A stretch of 63,686 nucleotides of DNA, filler included, from Folioceros fuciformis (Eukaryota), in assembly GCA_049999805.1 (NCBI GenBank). It is 13 parts of 13 records of this genome, joined end to end, with 100 filler letters (N's around TTAATTAATTAA, not from the genome) between each part and the next. Parts side by side here need not be neighbours in the genome. Positions count along the whole stretch, not along the records: positions 9,660 to 13,397 come from JBNGIO010001365.1; positions 13,498 to 16,516 come from JBNGIO010001366.1; positions 16,617 to 19,915 come from JBNGIO010001367.1; positions 20,016 to 21,820 come from JBNGIO010001369.1; positions 21,921 to 31,773 come from JBNGIO010001370.1; 8 more parts are not named here. One strand, written 5' to 3'. The notes below the pieces were generated by a model. That model saw nothing but the letters and a program-made list of their open reading frames with translations, was not told the origin of the DNA and made no database searches. Below are positions 11,649-22,094 of the stretch, one piece after another (the stretch's first letter is position 1; each line of letters begins with the position of its first letter). A program made the position numbers and the translations under genes.

Positions 11649-11950
11649 TTCATAACTTGGCTTGTCATTCCAAAGCTAGCCACCTTGCTTGTGATTCCAA
11701 ATCCTAAGGTGGCTACCTGCCTTCATATCTGATAGCACTCATGCACATGCTTCATATGCAAGATGGAATGTGAACAAGCCAGTGATAGTCCACTGCCCAC
11801 CCCAGCCCTATGGTTTTGCTTCATATAATTTTTGATAGGACTACCCACCCTAGTCGTGAAGTTTTGCTCCATATAGTTTTCTATAGGCTATTTGATGGCA
11901 ACATTGTGAATGCTTACAACTTATCAATTGGAGGTGGGTTGCTACAAGCA

Positions 11951-12190
11951 TGGTCATTTTGTGCTTCAATCAACACGCCCTACACATCTTGTGCTTCGTT
12001 GAATATGCTTTAGATATCTTGTGCTTCATTGTATATTCTATAGATATGTTATGCTTCATTGAATATATTATAGAGATCTTCTACGTCATTTAATATTAGG
12101 CCTTAGACATCTTGTGCTTCTTTCAATAGGCGCTTCACATCTTGTGCTTAATTGCAAAGGCCTTGGACATCATGGACTTCATTGAATAGG
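11951..12190. repeat. Degenerate 30-bp tandem repeat, about 8 units
   Basis: Consensus TAGACATCTTGTGCTTCATTGAATATGCCT recurs about every 30 nt. Confidence 0.82.
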
Positions 12191-12311
12191 TACTGCTAGA
12201 AAAACAATTCATCATATTGTTACAAAAACCTCTCTAATATGCAAGCTCTTAACGCAAAAAAGGTGCAAGGGGTTAAATCAAGTACGACTCTTGCCAAGCT
12301 AGTGGACCCTC

Positions 12312-13397
12312 TGTGGAGGCAAATCCCCGGGCACTGATTGCCGACGGGTTCCACCTTTAGTGGCCACACTTATCCCACTGTCGTTGAGACATTGGGTTTC
12401 GTTCCCACGAAGGAGCGATGGGGTTCCTTGCTGCTGTGGATGGAGAGTCGGACTTGATCAACTCGATGATGGATTCGAGGGCTCCCCTCCAGCTCCGATC
12501 AGGCGTAGGACAGGCCTCGCTGTCCGGCGGTCAGCTGCACCTCTCTCGGTGCCCACAAACTCACTCTAGTCACTACAACGACTCTAACCTCTCAGATCTG
12601 CGACTTCCTTCACTCACTCTCTCGCTCCAGCACCAACACCAACAACTACCAGCAACCAGCAACGACACCACTACCTTGTATACTTCCCTACTGACTCCTC
12701 CTACCCGGCAAGAGTCACTAGACTAACCCCAAACAAAAGGAAGAAGGGAACACACTCCCCTCTTGGGTATCTCCTCCTCACAACCTTACCAGACGCCATG
12801 AGATATGGCCGGCCTACAGCCCTTGACCAAGCAAGGAACAAGAGTGGACAGGTTGAGAGAAAGACACACCCTTTACAATCAAGAGCTAGGGGCAAGCCCC
12901 TACACCTTGGTCATTACACCTTGTGATCCTACCAGACACTATACAACCGGCAACACGCTGCCCGCGATCCTACCAGACACTGTACAGCCGGCAACACGCT
13001 GCCTGCGATCCTACCAGACACTGTACAGCCGGCAACACACGGCTTGCGATCCTACCAGACGTTGCACAGCCGGCAACACTCTACAAGTCCTAAACCAAGC
13101 AGGGACAGACCACAAGAGCTCATGAAGAGAGGACCTCCAAGAGCTCACAAAGAGATAGACTGACTCCCAAAGTGAATGACTCCCTCCTGCTACAGGCTCA
13201 CCTGATCTTATAGGAGCCTCTCTCTCTCTCTCTGACTTCATCTCTCTCTAACTTGAGAAATGTTATTTTAATAGCCTAGCCGGCTGTCACCAGCTACTCA
13301 TTTAGACCTCTAGCACAACCTGCCACCAATGAGCTCCTGGCCCTGCCACCACAAGGATCTACCACCTCTTAGACTATCCTGAGACTTCGGAGGATGT
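12312..13397 (-). mobile_element. LTR (family A, copy 2) in the opposite orientation, containing a 41-bp x4 tandem repeat; cut by the contig edge
   Basis: Begins TGTGGAGGC at 12312, the reverse complement of the copy 1 end. A (TC)n tract and CTTATAGG near 13207-13235 look like the reverse strand of an LTR promoter. Confidence 0.62.
12922..13085. repeat. 41-bp tandem repeat x4
   Basis: GATCCTACCAGAC core at 12925, 12966, 13007 and 13048. Confidence 0.92.
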
Positions 13398-13497
13398 NNN
13401 NNNNNNNNNNNNNNNNNNNNNNNNNNNNNNNNNNNNNNNNNTTAATTAATTAANNNNNNNNNNNNNNNNNNNNNNNNNNNNNNNNNNNNNNNNNNNN

Positions 13498-13860
13498 CCA
13501 GATACCCGTTCCTATGTTCAAACCATTATTATATTATTTTTATTATTTAATATTATTATATTATTATATAATCATTTAATATTATATATCTTTAATTAAT
13601 ATTGAACTAATCACCCAACCCTATGGCCTGGTGCTGAACCTAAACCTTCCCAGGTCTGGGACCAAACCTATACCCACTCTTATAACTAAGCTAACTATTT
13701 CCTGGTCAATTAACCTAATTAGCACAAAGAAAAATAGGAAAAATGACCAGAAAATCAAGGAAAATTAGGGAAAATAAGTTGAAAAAGAAAACCAAACCAT
13801 ACCACTATTAACCCTTTTTCAACCAAAACAAACTACTACCCCAAACTTTGGAGGTTCACA
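13498..13860 (-). mobile_element. LTR 5' segment (family B, copy 1)
   Basis: Reverse complement begins TGTGAACCTCCAAAGTTTGGGG and aligns with 15756-16110. Homology ends exactly at TG, preceded on the minus strand by purine-rich AAGAGGG. Confidence 0.62.
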
Positions 13861-14182
13861 CCCTCTTATGCACTACACACATTGGCACGAATGAGCATAA
13901 ACAATAATTGACCTTAGACTGCCCACCATACATGCGAGCTAGTTCCTCGGAAACTTCAGTTTTTTACCAGCACAACCGCTTAGACATGCGGTAGGGTGTT
14001 GGGAGGCTAGCATCCTTGCCCTACAACCAACAACATATATGAAAAGGGCATGAAACACGGAAGGCAGGAATGCCATTCAGGCCTACACTATCACACAACG
14101 TCACTCGCTATCATAGAGTCAAACGCCATAGCTATGCCTGCAAGCCTTTGCTGCTCATCGACATCTAAGTTGTCAACCTCTT

Positions 14183-14829
14183 TGTGGAACGTGAAATTTT
14201 GGAATACGGGACGTGCTCCTATCCTACTGTTTTGAGTGTCTTGCCCAACGCGTGGTATGGTTTGTTTCTTCTTTTCCCATTTGTGTCTATTTAGTCCCGT
14301 TTGGTTTTCCTTGGTCTTCGGTGGTCACTTTACGAGTCAGTCATCGCTACGCGTGTCGTAGGTCTAAACTATCAATGTCTGACTAGACTTCACTTGATTA
14401 TTCTAGAATTTAAGATTATTCTAGAATTCTAGACTAGATTCTATCTCTCTGGAGACCTCGTGCAATGACTTCGACGTTTGAGAGACGAACCCGACGAACC
14501 TTGCTGCAACGATCAGTCAAGAATTCCCTCAGGTAAGCACTTGGACCGGAGCATCCTCCTGTACCTCTTTCACTTCGCGTCCCCTTCTCACGCCCTCTAC
14601 CTCGGCTCACCCACTCACACCTCATCCCGTCCCTACCTCCGGTCTCCCGGACAAAGTCCACCAAACAAGGTGGTACGCCCATAGGACTCCCCCAGGATCT
14701 TGCGATTTCACTTAGTGTTTTGCCGTAACTCCGTGTTCAACTTTTCGGGCAGTTTGCCAACAAACCCAACCCATGGTGCGGGTCTTCCACCTCCGGGGGA
14801 CTGTGACATTTTGGCGCCATTGCTGGGGA
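14183..14829 (+). mobile_element. Putative 5' LTR (TG at 14183 ... CA at 14808) followed by an Athila/Tat-type primer binding site
   Basis: ...CTGTGACA|TTT|TGGCGCCATTGCTGGGGA (14812-14829) differs from the Athila-type PBS TGGCGCCGTTGCCGGGGA only by two CpG transitions. The left LTR boundary is tentative. Confidence 0.58.
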
Positions 14830-15587
14830 GTCTACAATTAGCTTGAAGCGAAGTTGCTTGGGAGGAGACCTTGACACCCTATTGGAAAAAAAATTCTTGG
14901 AGAAGGGACCAGCCTGAACATGTTTCATCTCGCTGGATGGTGCTGTAGAAGTTTGATTAATGTTGGAGGAGGAGTCGGCCTCAAGCTTACCCCGATGAGT
15001 GAGGAGGGGAACGAAGATTTTTCCAGCGCACCATGGAGCAAACCCTGGTGAAAGACGGGATGTTTGCAGAGACGTAAACATTTGAGGAGGGAGAATATGT
15101 CGATTCCAAAAATTGTGGTCCTCAAAATGGTATTTTTTTTGGAATTTTGATTTTGACAAAATTGTGCGACAGTCTGAAAATAGCATCGGATCAGCGGTCT
15201 CGTCTTAGACCGGAGTGGTTTTCGAACTAGCTCCGTTGTGATACCGAACTGAGATCATGTTTGAGAGCCCATAGTGCAACTCAGATTGGGTTGTGCTTCG
15301 AGTCCGGGATGATGAATTTCGGCCGAACTTGGAGGTGAGGTGCTCGCTGAAGTAAGCTCTAGATGTCACTTCCAAACTCTGGCCAGATAGTGGAGACGAG
15401 ATGGCATCTCCAACACCCTTGACGGACGACTGAGATCGGTCGTGATTCTAGGTGAGGCTGGAAGACTAGGCGGTAGTGAGCTATGGAGCCGACCTGTGGC
15501 CATGTTCGAGATCCAGCAAGTGTTGATTGCTGTTTGCGAGACTCACAAGTTGCTCAGAGAGTGCCTTGCTTTGGGATGAAGCACGTG

Positions 15588-15660
15588 ATGGATTGGTGGG
15601 CGCTGGGGATTCTGCTCTACGAGATGCTGTACGGGTGGATGCCGTTTCGTGGTCGGACGC
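15588..15660 (+). pseudogene. Captured fragment of an AGCVIII kinase (phototropin-like) subdomain IX
   Basis: [24 protein letters not shown]. W (TGG) and M (ATG) are single CpG transitions from R (CGG) and T (ACG), which restores [21 protein letters not shown]. Confidence 0.75.
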
Positions 15661-15755
15661 CGGCACTTTGTGCCTTTCCACGCAGCCATGGCCATACCAA
15701 GAGCGACCCCTGTAGATGGAGTTTCAAGGTGGATAGTGACTGCGACAGGGGGGCA

Positions 15756-16516
15756 TGTGAACCTCCAAAGTTTGGGGCAATGGTTTGTTTCGGTTGAAAA
15801 ATGGTTAATAATGCTATGGTTTGGTTTTCTATTTCTACTTATTTTCCCTAATTTTTTGTTATTTTCTGGTCATTTTTCCTTTTTTTCTTATGCTAATTAG
15901 GTTAATTGACTAGTAAATAATTGGTTTGGTTATTAGAGTGGGTATGGGTTTGGTCCCAGACTTGGAAAAGTTTAGGTTTGGTACCGGATCATAGGGTCAT
16001 GAAAGTTTGAATTTAGGTTTGGTGATTGGTTTAATATTAATTGAAGACTTATAGTATTAAATAATTAAATAACATTAAATAATTATTTGAACCCAGGAGC
16101 CGGAATATGGGATATGTCAAGGTGGTCTAGCTGGCTGATAAGGTTGCATGATTGACTAAATGGCCATGAGGGCCACATCCTAGCTCGGGCAGAACTGCGA
16201 TCGCTCCCATCCCCATTCCTCTCCCTCCCTTCTCAATCTTCCGGTCTTGTTTTCTCAATGGATTCCAAACGCAAGCATGAGGACAGGACAGATCCCCGAG
16301 TGTTGGGATTGAATGCGCGCACAAGAGGAGCCGATGTAGGACCAACCCTTGATTTGGCCAATGCAGAACCAACCCCTGATTTGGCCAATGCAGGACCAGC
16401 CCCCAACCTCTTCTTCTCCCTGATTTCTTTCCCAGCTCCCCTCCTGCGTGTCCTGATTTCCTCCCCAATCCGCTCCCCAGGCTGATTTCCCATCACTGCA
16501 CCTACACCCGCTGCTA
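15756..16516 (+). mobile_element. 3' LTR (family B, copy 2) preceded by a polypurine tract
   Basis: ACAGGGGGGCA|TGTGAACC: a PPT directly before TG. Inverted homologue of 13498-13860. Internal short duplication near 16337-16400. Confidence 0.65.
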
Positions 16517-16616
16517 NNNNNNNNNNNNNNNNNNNNNNNNNNNNNNNNNNNNNNNNNNNNTTAATTAATTAANNNNNNNNNNNNNNNNNNNNNNNNNNNN
16601 NNNNNNNNNNNNNNNN

Positions 16617-19600
16617 TCTACGCTGTGTGCTACCGATCCTACGCTATGGTATCAGAGCTACGCTATGGACTCTGCCAAGTCTCCACCACGTGTGTGTAAA
16701 ATCTGCAAGTCCGAGTGTTGCATCAAAAATCTTGCTCACGAGCACTTTAGAGCCGTAATTGTATCACTCAAGATTTCACTCACCCGATTTGGAAGTCTGG
16801 CAGACGCATTCTTGGCGGAAGCCGTCAATCATTACTACTCGTAATGTAAATGCGCTCCCTGCTAAGAGTTCGAATTAGTCCTGATGGATCCCTACACTCG
16901 ATTGAGTAGGCTGCAGCTTCTTGCACGTCTCGCACGTCCTGACCTGCCTTTTGCTTTGCACAGCGCAATTCAACACAATCAGTTCAATGTGTTACCTACT
17001 CAGAGTGCAATTAATTTACAGGGATCCAAGTCCGTAGCCACGGCAGAAAAGAAGTTAGTTCAGTAGCACTAGGTCATCTACGCACATATCCCAGCGTCTT
17101 GCACACACTTGGATACAGGTGCAGATACCCTGGAGCCTCTGCACACACAGTCATCAGTCTCTAATTTTGCACAAAGCATGTCAAAAACTAGGCATTCTCT
17201 TTAAACAAAGCATGTCAAAAACTAGGCTTTCTCTTTAAACAATGCCTCACAATAGCCGTTCTAAGCACACCTTCAATTCACAAAGGCAATTAGCATCTCC
17301 TTTCAGCAACAGTGCAGAACAACAGTCGTTCTTCTCAAGCTTACCACAGCAGACTACTCCTGGCCACACTCACCAAATAAGGTCCTCGTGCAACCTTTGT
17401 GGAAGAAGTGGTTACCAGCGCCCACCTGCTGGTTCAGCTGTAAGCACACCTGGATCGACGACTGTTCAAGCAGAAGTGTTCTCGAAGGTGATTCTTGATC
17501 GGCTTGCTGAGGAACGCCGTCACACGCACGCAACATTGTGCGACTTCAGGTGACTGCGTGAAACTCACAGTGGAGCACCTCCGCAGCAAGATTGACGACA
17601 TCAACTACAGATGTAGACATCTGTCAAAGGACCTGAACAAACTCTTCACACAGGTCGCGCACCTGGACAGAGTATCGAAGTCTCAAGAGACAACGGCAGT
17701 ATCTGCCGAACCAGAAAGACTCACCTTCATCAACCTTCAGCAAATCTTGCCAAATTTCACTTCGGATGTGCCAGAGAAATTACCTGAAGGAAGAATCAAG
17801 GGTGAAGTCATATATGAAGTTGCTGCACTCTTGACGCACATGTCAGTCGAGGCAAAATCAAGGAAGATGGTATTTGAGTATGTCGGATCATTGGGATCCG
17901 AGTCCAGCAGGAACACCACCTCGCAGGACTCCTGCCAGACCTGAATCGTCGTCTTCAAGGACAAGACCTGGAGCGTCGCCTGCAAGGGTCAGACCTGAAT
18001 CGTCGCCTCCAAGGTCGAGACCTGAAACATCGTCTGCAAGGACTGAATCTGAAGGGCTACGTCAACCGTTACTAGTCGAAGAGTCACCTGAAACGCCACA
18101 AGCACCCATCCTTCCAGAGGACCCGTTTGGTGTCTTAGAATTAGAAGACTACATCTTCTCAGATTCTCCACAGACTCCTTCGTACACAGTAGACACACCA
18201 GCCTCAGCCTTGTTTGCTACTCAGCAAGACGAATAGCATCCAGGGTCTCCCCTTAGCAGTCCAGCGTCGTCACACAGGTCTTCCCCTAGCAGTCCAGCAT
18301 CTTCACCCAGATCTTCTAGCAGGTCGTCAACCTCGTCAAGTTCCTTACATAGTGCTTCCTCTCTGTCACTTGGCCGTTTATTTGACCTTAGTCAAACGCA
18401 ATTCAGTCAGTATACCTTCATGGGAACCATATTCTGCCATCAGGCCCATTACATACGGGAAATGCTAGATAGATTTAACATGGTGGACTGCAAGCCCGCC
18501 ATCACTCCCATGGCGGTGGGAGAAAAGTTTTCTACTGAGCAAAGCCCAAAGTCAGATGCTGAGAAGCAAGAAATGCAGAAGAAGCCTTACAGTATGCTGA
18601 CGGGATGCCTAATATGGATCAGTGGATGGACCAGACCTGATGTGTCCCCTGCTACTCGAATTTTCTCAAGGTTTCTTGCAAATCCTGGAAATGCCCACTG
18701 GACGGGAGTTAAAAGAGTCCTACGTTATCTCAAGGGCACACAACATCTCGAAATCAGATACAAGTCACAGGGGAAGTTTCCTCTACTTATCTGTTACTCC
18801 GATTCTGACTGGGCCAGCGACGAGGAGTCCAGGCAATCTGTTACAGCCAAGTGCACAATTCTGTCTGGAGGAGCGGTTAGCTGGACTTCAAAGAAACAGA
18901 CGGTGGTGGCACTGTCCAGCACTGAGGCTGAATACATAGCCGCAACCTCAGCTGCTCAGTTTATAATAGACGCTTTATGGCGTCTGTGGGTTTTCCACAG
19001 CCTGGAGCCACGACCATCTACTGCGATAATCAATCTGCTATAGCTTTATCAAGAAATCCAGTTCATCACTCCAGAACAAGACACATTGCAGTCAAACAGC
19101 ACTACATCAGAGAAACGGTGGAATCAGGTGAGATAGATTTGGTCTACGTGCCCACAGGCCAGAATCTGGCTCACCTGTTCACGAAACCACTGTCTAAGGA
19201 GCGTCACACCACTCATTGCGAAGGCTTGGGTCTTGTTGTCAAGACAGACCCTTGACCTGCGCACAACTGCACATGCACGCACTCACTCAAAGAAAAGGTT
19301 AGCACTTGTCACAATCAGTGGGGGCGGATGGGCGCACAACAGGGCAGCTATGTTTGCTTTCCTCTGTGTGCCACAGGTGTTACAAGTATGCACTTGCCAA
19401 CTCCGCCGCCACTTCAGTGCATCTCCAAAACGGGGCATACCTAAAGACAAGGTTACCTTCCTCATCACAACAAGCAGAATTCAAGATCATGGCAAGACCT
19501 GGACATGGCGACAGTTTGCGGAAACTCTCCTCATCAGGAGTCAATCCCTTGAGCTGTCGTAATTGAGCATGCAACAATCTCATCCTTTGGGGCAGCCTCT

Positions 19601-19915
19601 CCTCCCTGCCAAGCTCAAGATTGCCAGCCTTCTGGAGCATCGGACCATTCCCGGAAAATCTTCCTCGCTCCCAGGAGGCAATGCAGATCAGGAGTACAAG
19701 CAGGAGCAGCAAGAAAAAGCTGCCATCCAAGTGAGAAATTCCGCCAACGCTCAGCATAGTTGCAATTCGTTCTGCAGGCGAAGAGTATACGGAAGCTGAG
19801 AACTGGCGTGGATTGCGGTGCAAGCGAAGTTCACGTTCAAGACGGCGGGAATACAGTCTAAGTGGGGGTAACGAAAAGCGGATGCCCTAACTAGCCTGTT
19901 CCCCGGCGTCAAGTA
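16617..19915 (+). mobile_element. Rearranged, internally deleted Ty1/copia element(s)
   Basis: tRNA-Met PBS TGGTATCAGAGC at 16647-16658. Integrase remnant FLAEAVN near 16808, decayed RT piece RPDLPFA near 16935, knuckle remnant CNLCG near 17389. RT C-terminus and RNase H at 18420-19255 (MVDCKPAITPM, TRPDVS, YSDSDWA, VALSSTEAEY, IYCDNQSAI, HSRTRHI, frameshifted near 18960-18980). PPT-like AGTGGGGG at 19861. Confidence 0.9.
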
Positions 19916-20498
19916 NNNNNNNNNNNNNNNNNNNNNNNNNNNNNNNNNNNNNNNNNNNNTTAATTAATTAANNNNNNNNNNNNNNNNNNNNNNNNNNNNN
20001 NNNNNNNNNNNNNNNTCTGTCTTTTGTTTCAAAGTTTCTATGAGATAATTTGTGTCTTCCATTTCATTTGAACAATAAAATGTGACAACAAAAACATAAT
20101 TCAATACATAACTAAACTCATGATCAATGAAATGAAGAAAATAAATAAAAGAATGTAGTATATTCCATTTTAATGTATAACAAGGAAACATTGGTACGCC
20201 TTCTTGTTAAATTTCATGATGTTAGAATGTAAACTATTCTTAATATTCTAATATATATATAATAATAATAATAAATGACAAAGTAAAATATAATATTATG
20301 GGCATAATTTTCAACAGCATGTGATCATATTTTCATTATCTATATGCAATAAAATAAATATATTATCATAATATTTTATTGAGCTTTTTTTGTTTATCAT
20401 TTAAAAAAAATTATATGAAACTACCACAAAGTTTGGACTTAAGTGCTACTCAGTTGTGGTTTAATACAAAGTAGTAACATCCTTTATTATTAGGAATC

Positions 20499-21653
20499 AT
20501 GTCCAATACTACTTCACCTCCTTCTCCTACTACTACTAGCACAAAAGATGTTGCAAAAGCTACACCTAAAGAAACAAAACCACCATCAGTTGAAGGGGCT
20601 CCTGAGGAAGGGGAAGATGGAGAAATTGCAGTTCCTGGAGAACCTGAAGATGAATTCATTGAAAAGACTATATATACTTTGGACCCCAAGTTGCATGAGT
20701 GCCTTTATGCACATTTGCCCTTGTTCCAACGGAAGGGCACTAAAAAGAAGGCAGGAGAATTGGATGAACGGTAGTTCGAGACAAATCTGCACATCTTATG
20801 AATTCCTACAGGCATTTCGATCAACCAACCTGAGCACATTGCTTTTGGAGTTACAGGGATTTGCCGATTCTTCTAAGAGCTATAGGAATGAACCCATCTG
20901 AAGAGACCATACAACGCCTAATTGAAGCGGTTAGATGTTTCTAAAGCGAGTTGTGAAGTGATGTTTCTAAAGCGAGTTGTGAAGTGCTTAACTGATAGAG
21001 AGACCCAACCACCTCTCCCATAATAGAATGTTTGATTTCAGGCTAAAGAGAGTGAGATTTCTGGGACAACAAAGGGTCATGTGACGTATGACAATTTTGA
21101 GCAAAGGATAGGGGAAGCCTTGAGGAGGTATCCAGATGATTTCGTTCGTCACTCTAAAGAGCATATCCATCAGGCCTTTCAGGTTGTGATGAGCACTAGC
21201 ACAAATCTTTCAAAATGATCATTTACTATGAATGTTGTCAATATTCATGACCATGAATAGTAATTATTTTCACTATGGTTTGTTATAGAGAATTACCACA
21301 GATGGTAAAGATTACTTAGAACCTGCACAACTTAAGGTACTGGAATGCATTGTGAAACATTAGAGTATGCATCTTGTTTTAAGTAGCCTACTTACTATTG
21401 TTGAGTTACTTAAGTAGCCTACTTACATGTCATAAACTATTGGGCATTAAATCAGAAATTTATGATGGAGAAAGGGCACCCATTTACTGAACCAGAAGCC
21501 AACAAGATGATTTGGGCCGCCAAAGATAAAGACACTGGAAAGATTTACATTGAGGAGTTTTCCGAGGTGTTAGCATGGGATGGGAGCTTTAACTTTGACC
21601 CACCCAAAAGCGAAGTTAAGCAATTCAAAGTTGAGCATGTTGGAGTTATATAG
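20499..21653 (+). CDS. Calmodulin-like EF-hand protein, dynein regulatory complex subunit 8 (DRC8/EFCAB2)-like, 5 exons
   Basis: Exons 20499-20770, 20857-20929, 21042-21182, 21289-21336 and 21456-21653 splice in frame: ELDERDLPILLRAIGMNPSEETI...VRHSKEHIHQAFQRITTDGKDYLEPAQLKKFMMEKGHPFTEPEANKMIWAAKDKDTGKIYIEEF. The MxxxGxPFxxxExxxMxxAAxDxxxxxI pattern is EFCAB2/DRC8-like. Confidence 0.75.
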
Positions 21654-22094
21654 AAATACAATGTGTTAATTTATCAAGCTAAGGTTAGTCTCTTACAAAC
21701 AATGACCATAAGAGGTAGATGTAGCAGTTTATGTTGCTTCATATGCATCTACCATTTTATCGACAATCTTTTTCCTAAGTTTTCGGTTTTCGTGGTTTGT
21801 CTCTTGATATCGAGTTTCTTNNNNNNNNNNNNNNNNNNNNNNNNNNNNNNNNNNNNNNNNNNNNTTAATTAATTAANNNNNNNNNNNNNNNNNNNNNNNN
21901 NNNNNNNNNNNNNNNNNNNNTGGTCGGGGCGGCTGACTCGTATTTGGATGTCAGAAAATCGCTGGAGGAACAAGTCAAAGTAAAGCGCTCGCCGATTCGC
22001 TTGCGCAGACTGACAACATGAATTGGCCGTTAGGTTATTACTGGGAATGTGCTGCAGGATGCAAATTTTCATGGTCGTCATATGATGCCTGCAG

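Noticed and set aside
11401..13085. Regular short repeats as a CRISPR-like array
   Set aside because: The units are contiguous tandem copies with no unique spacers and no cas genes, in a eukaryotic TE context.
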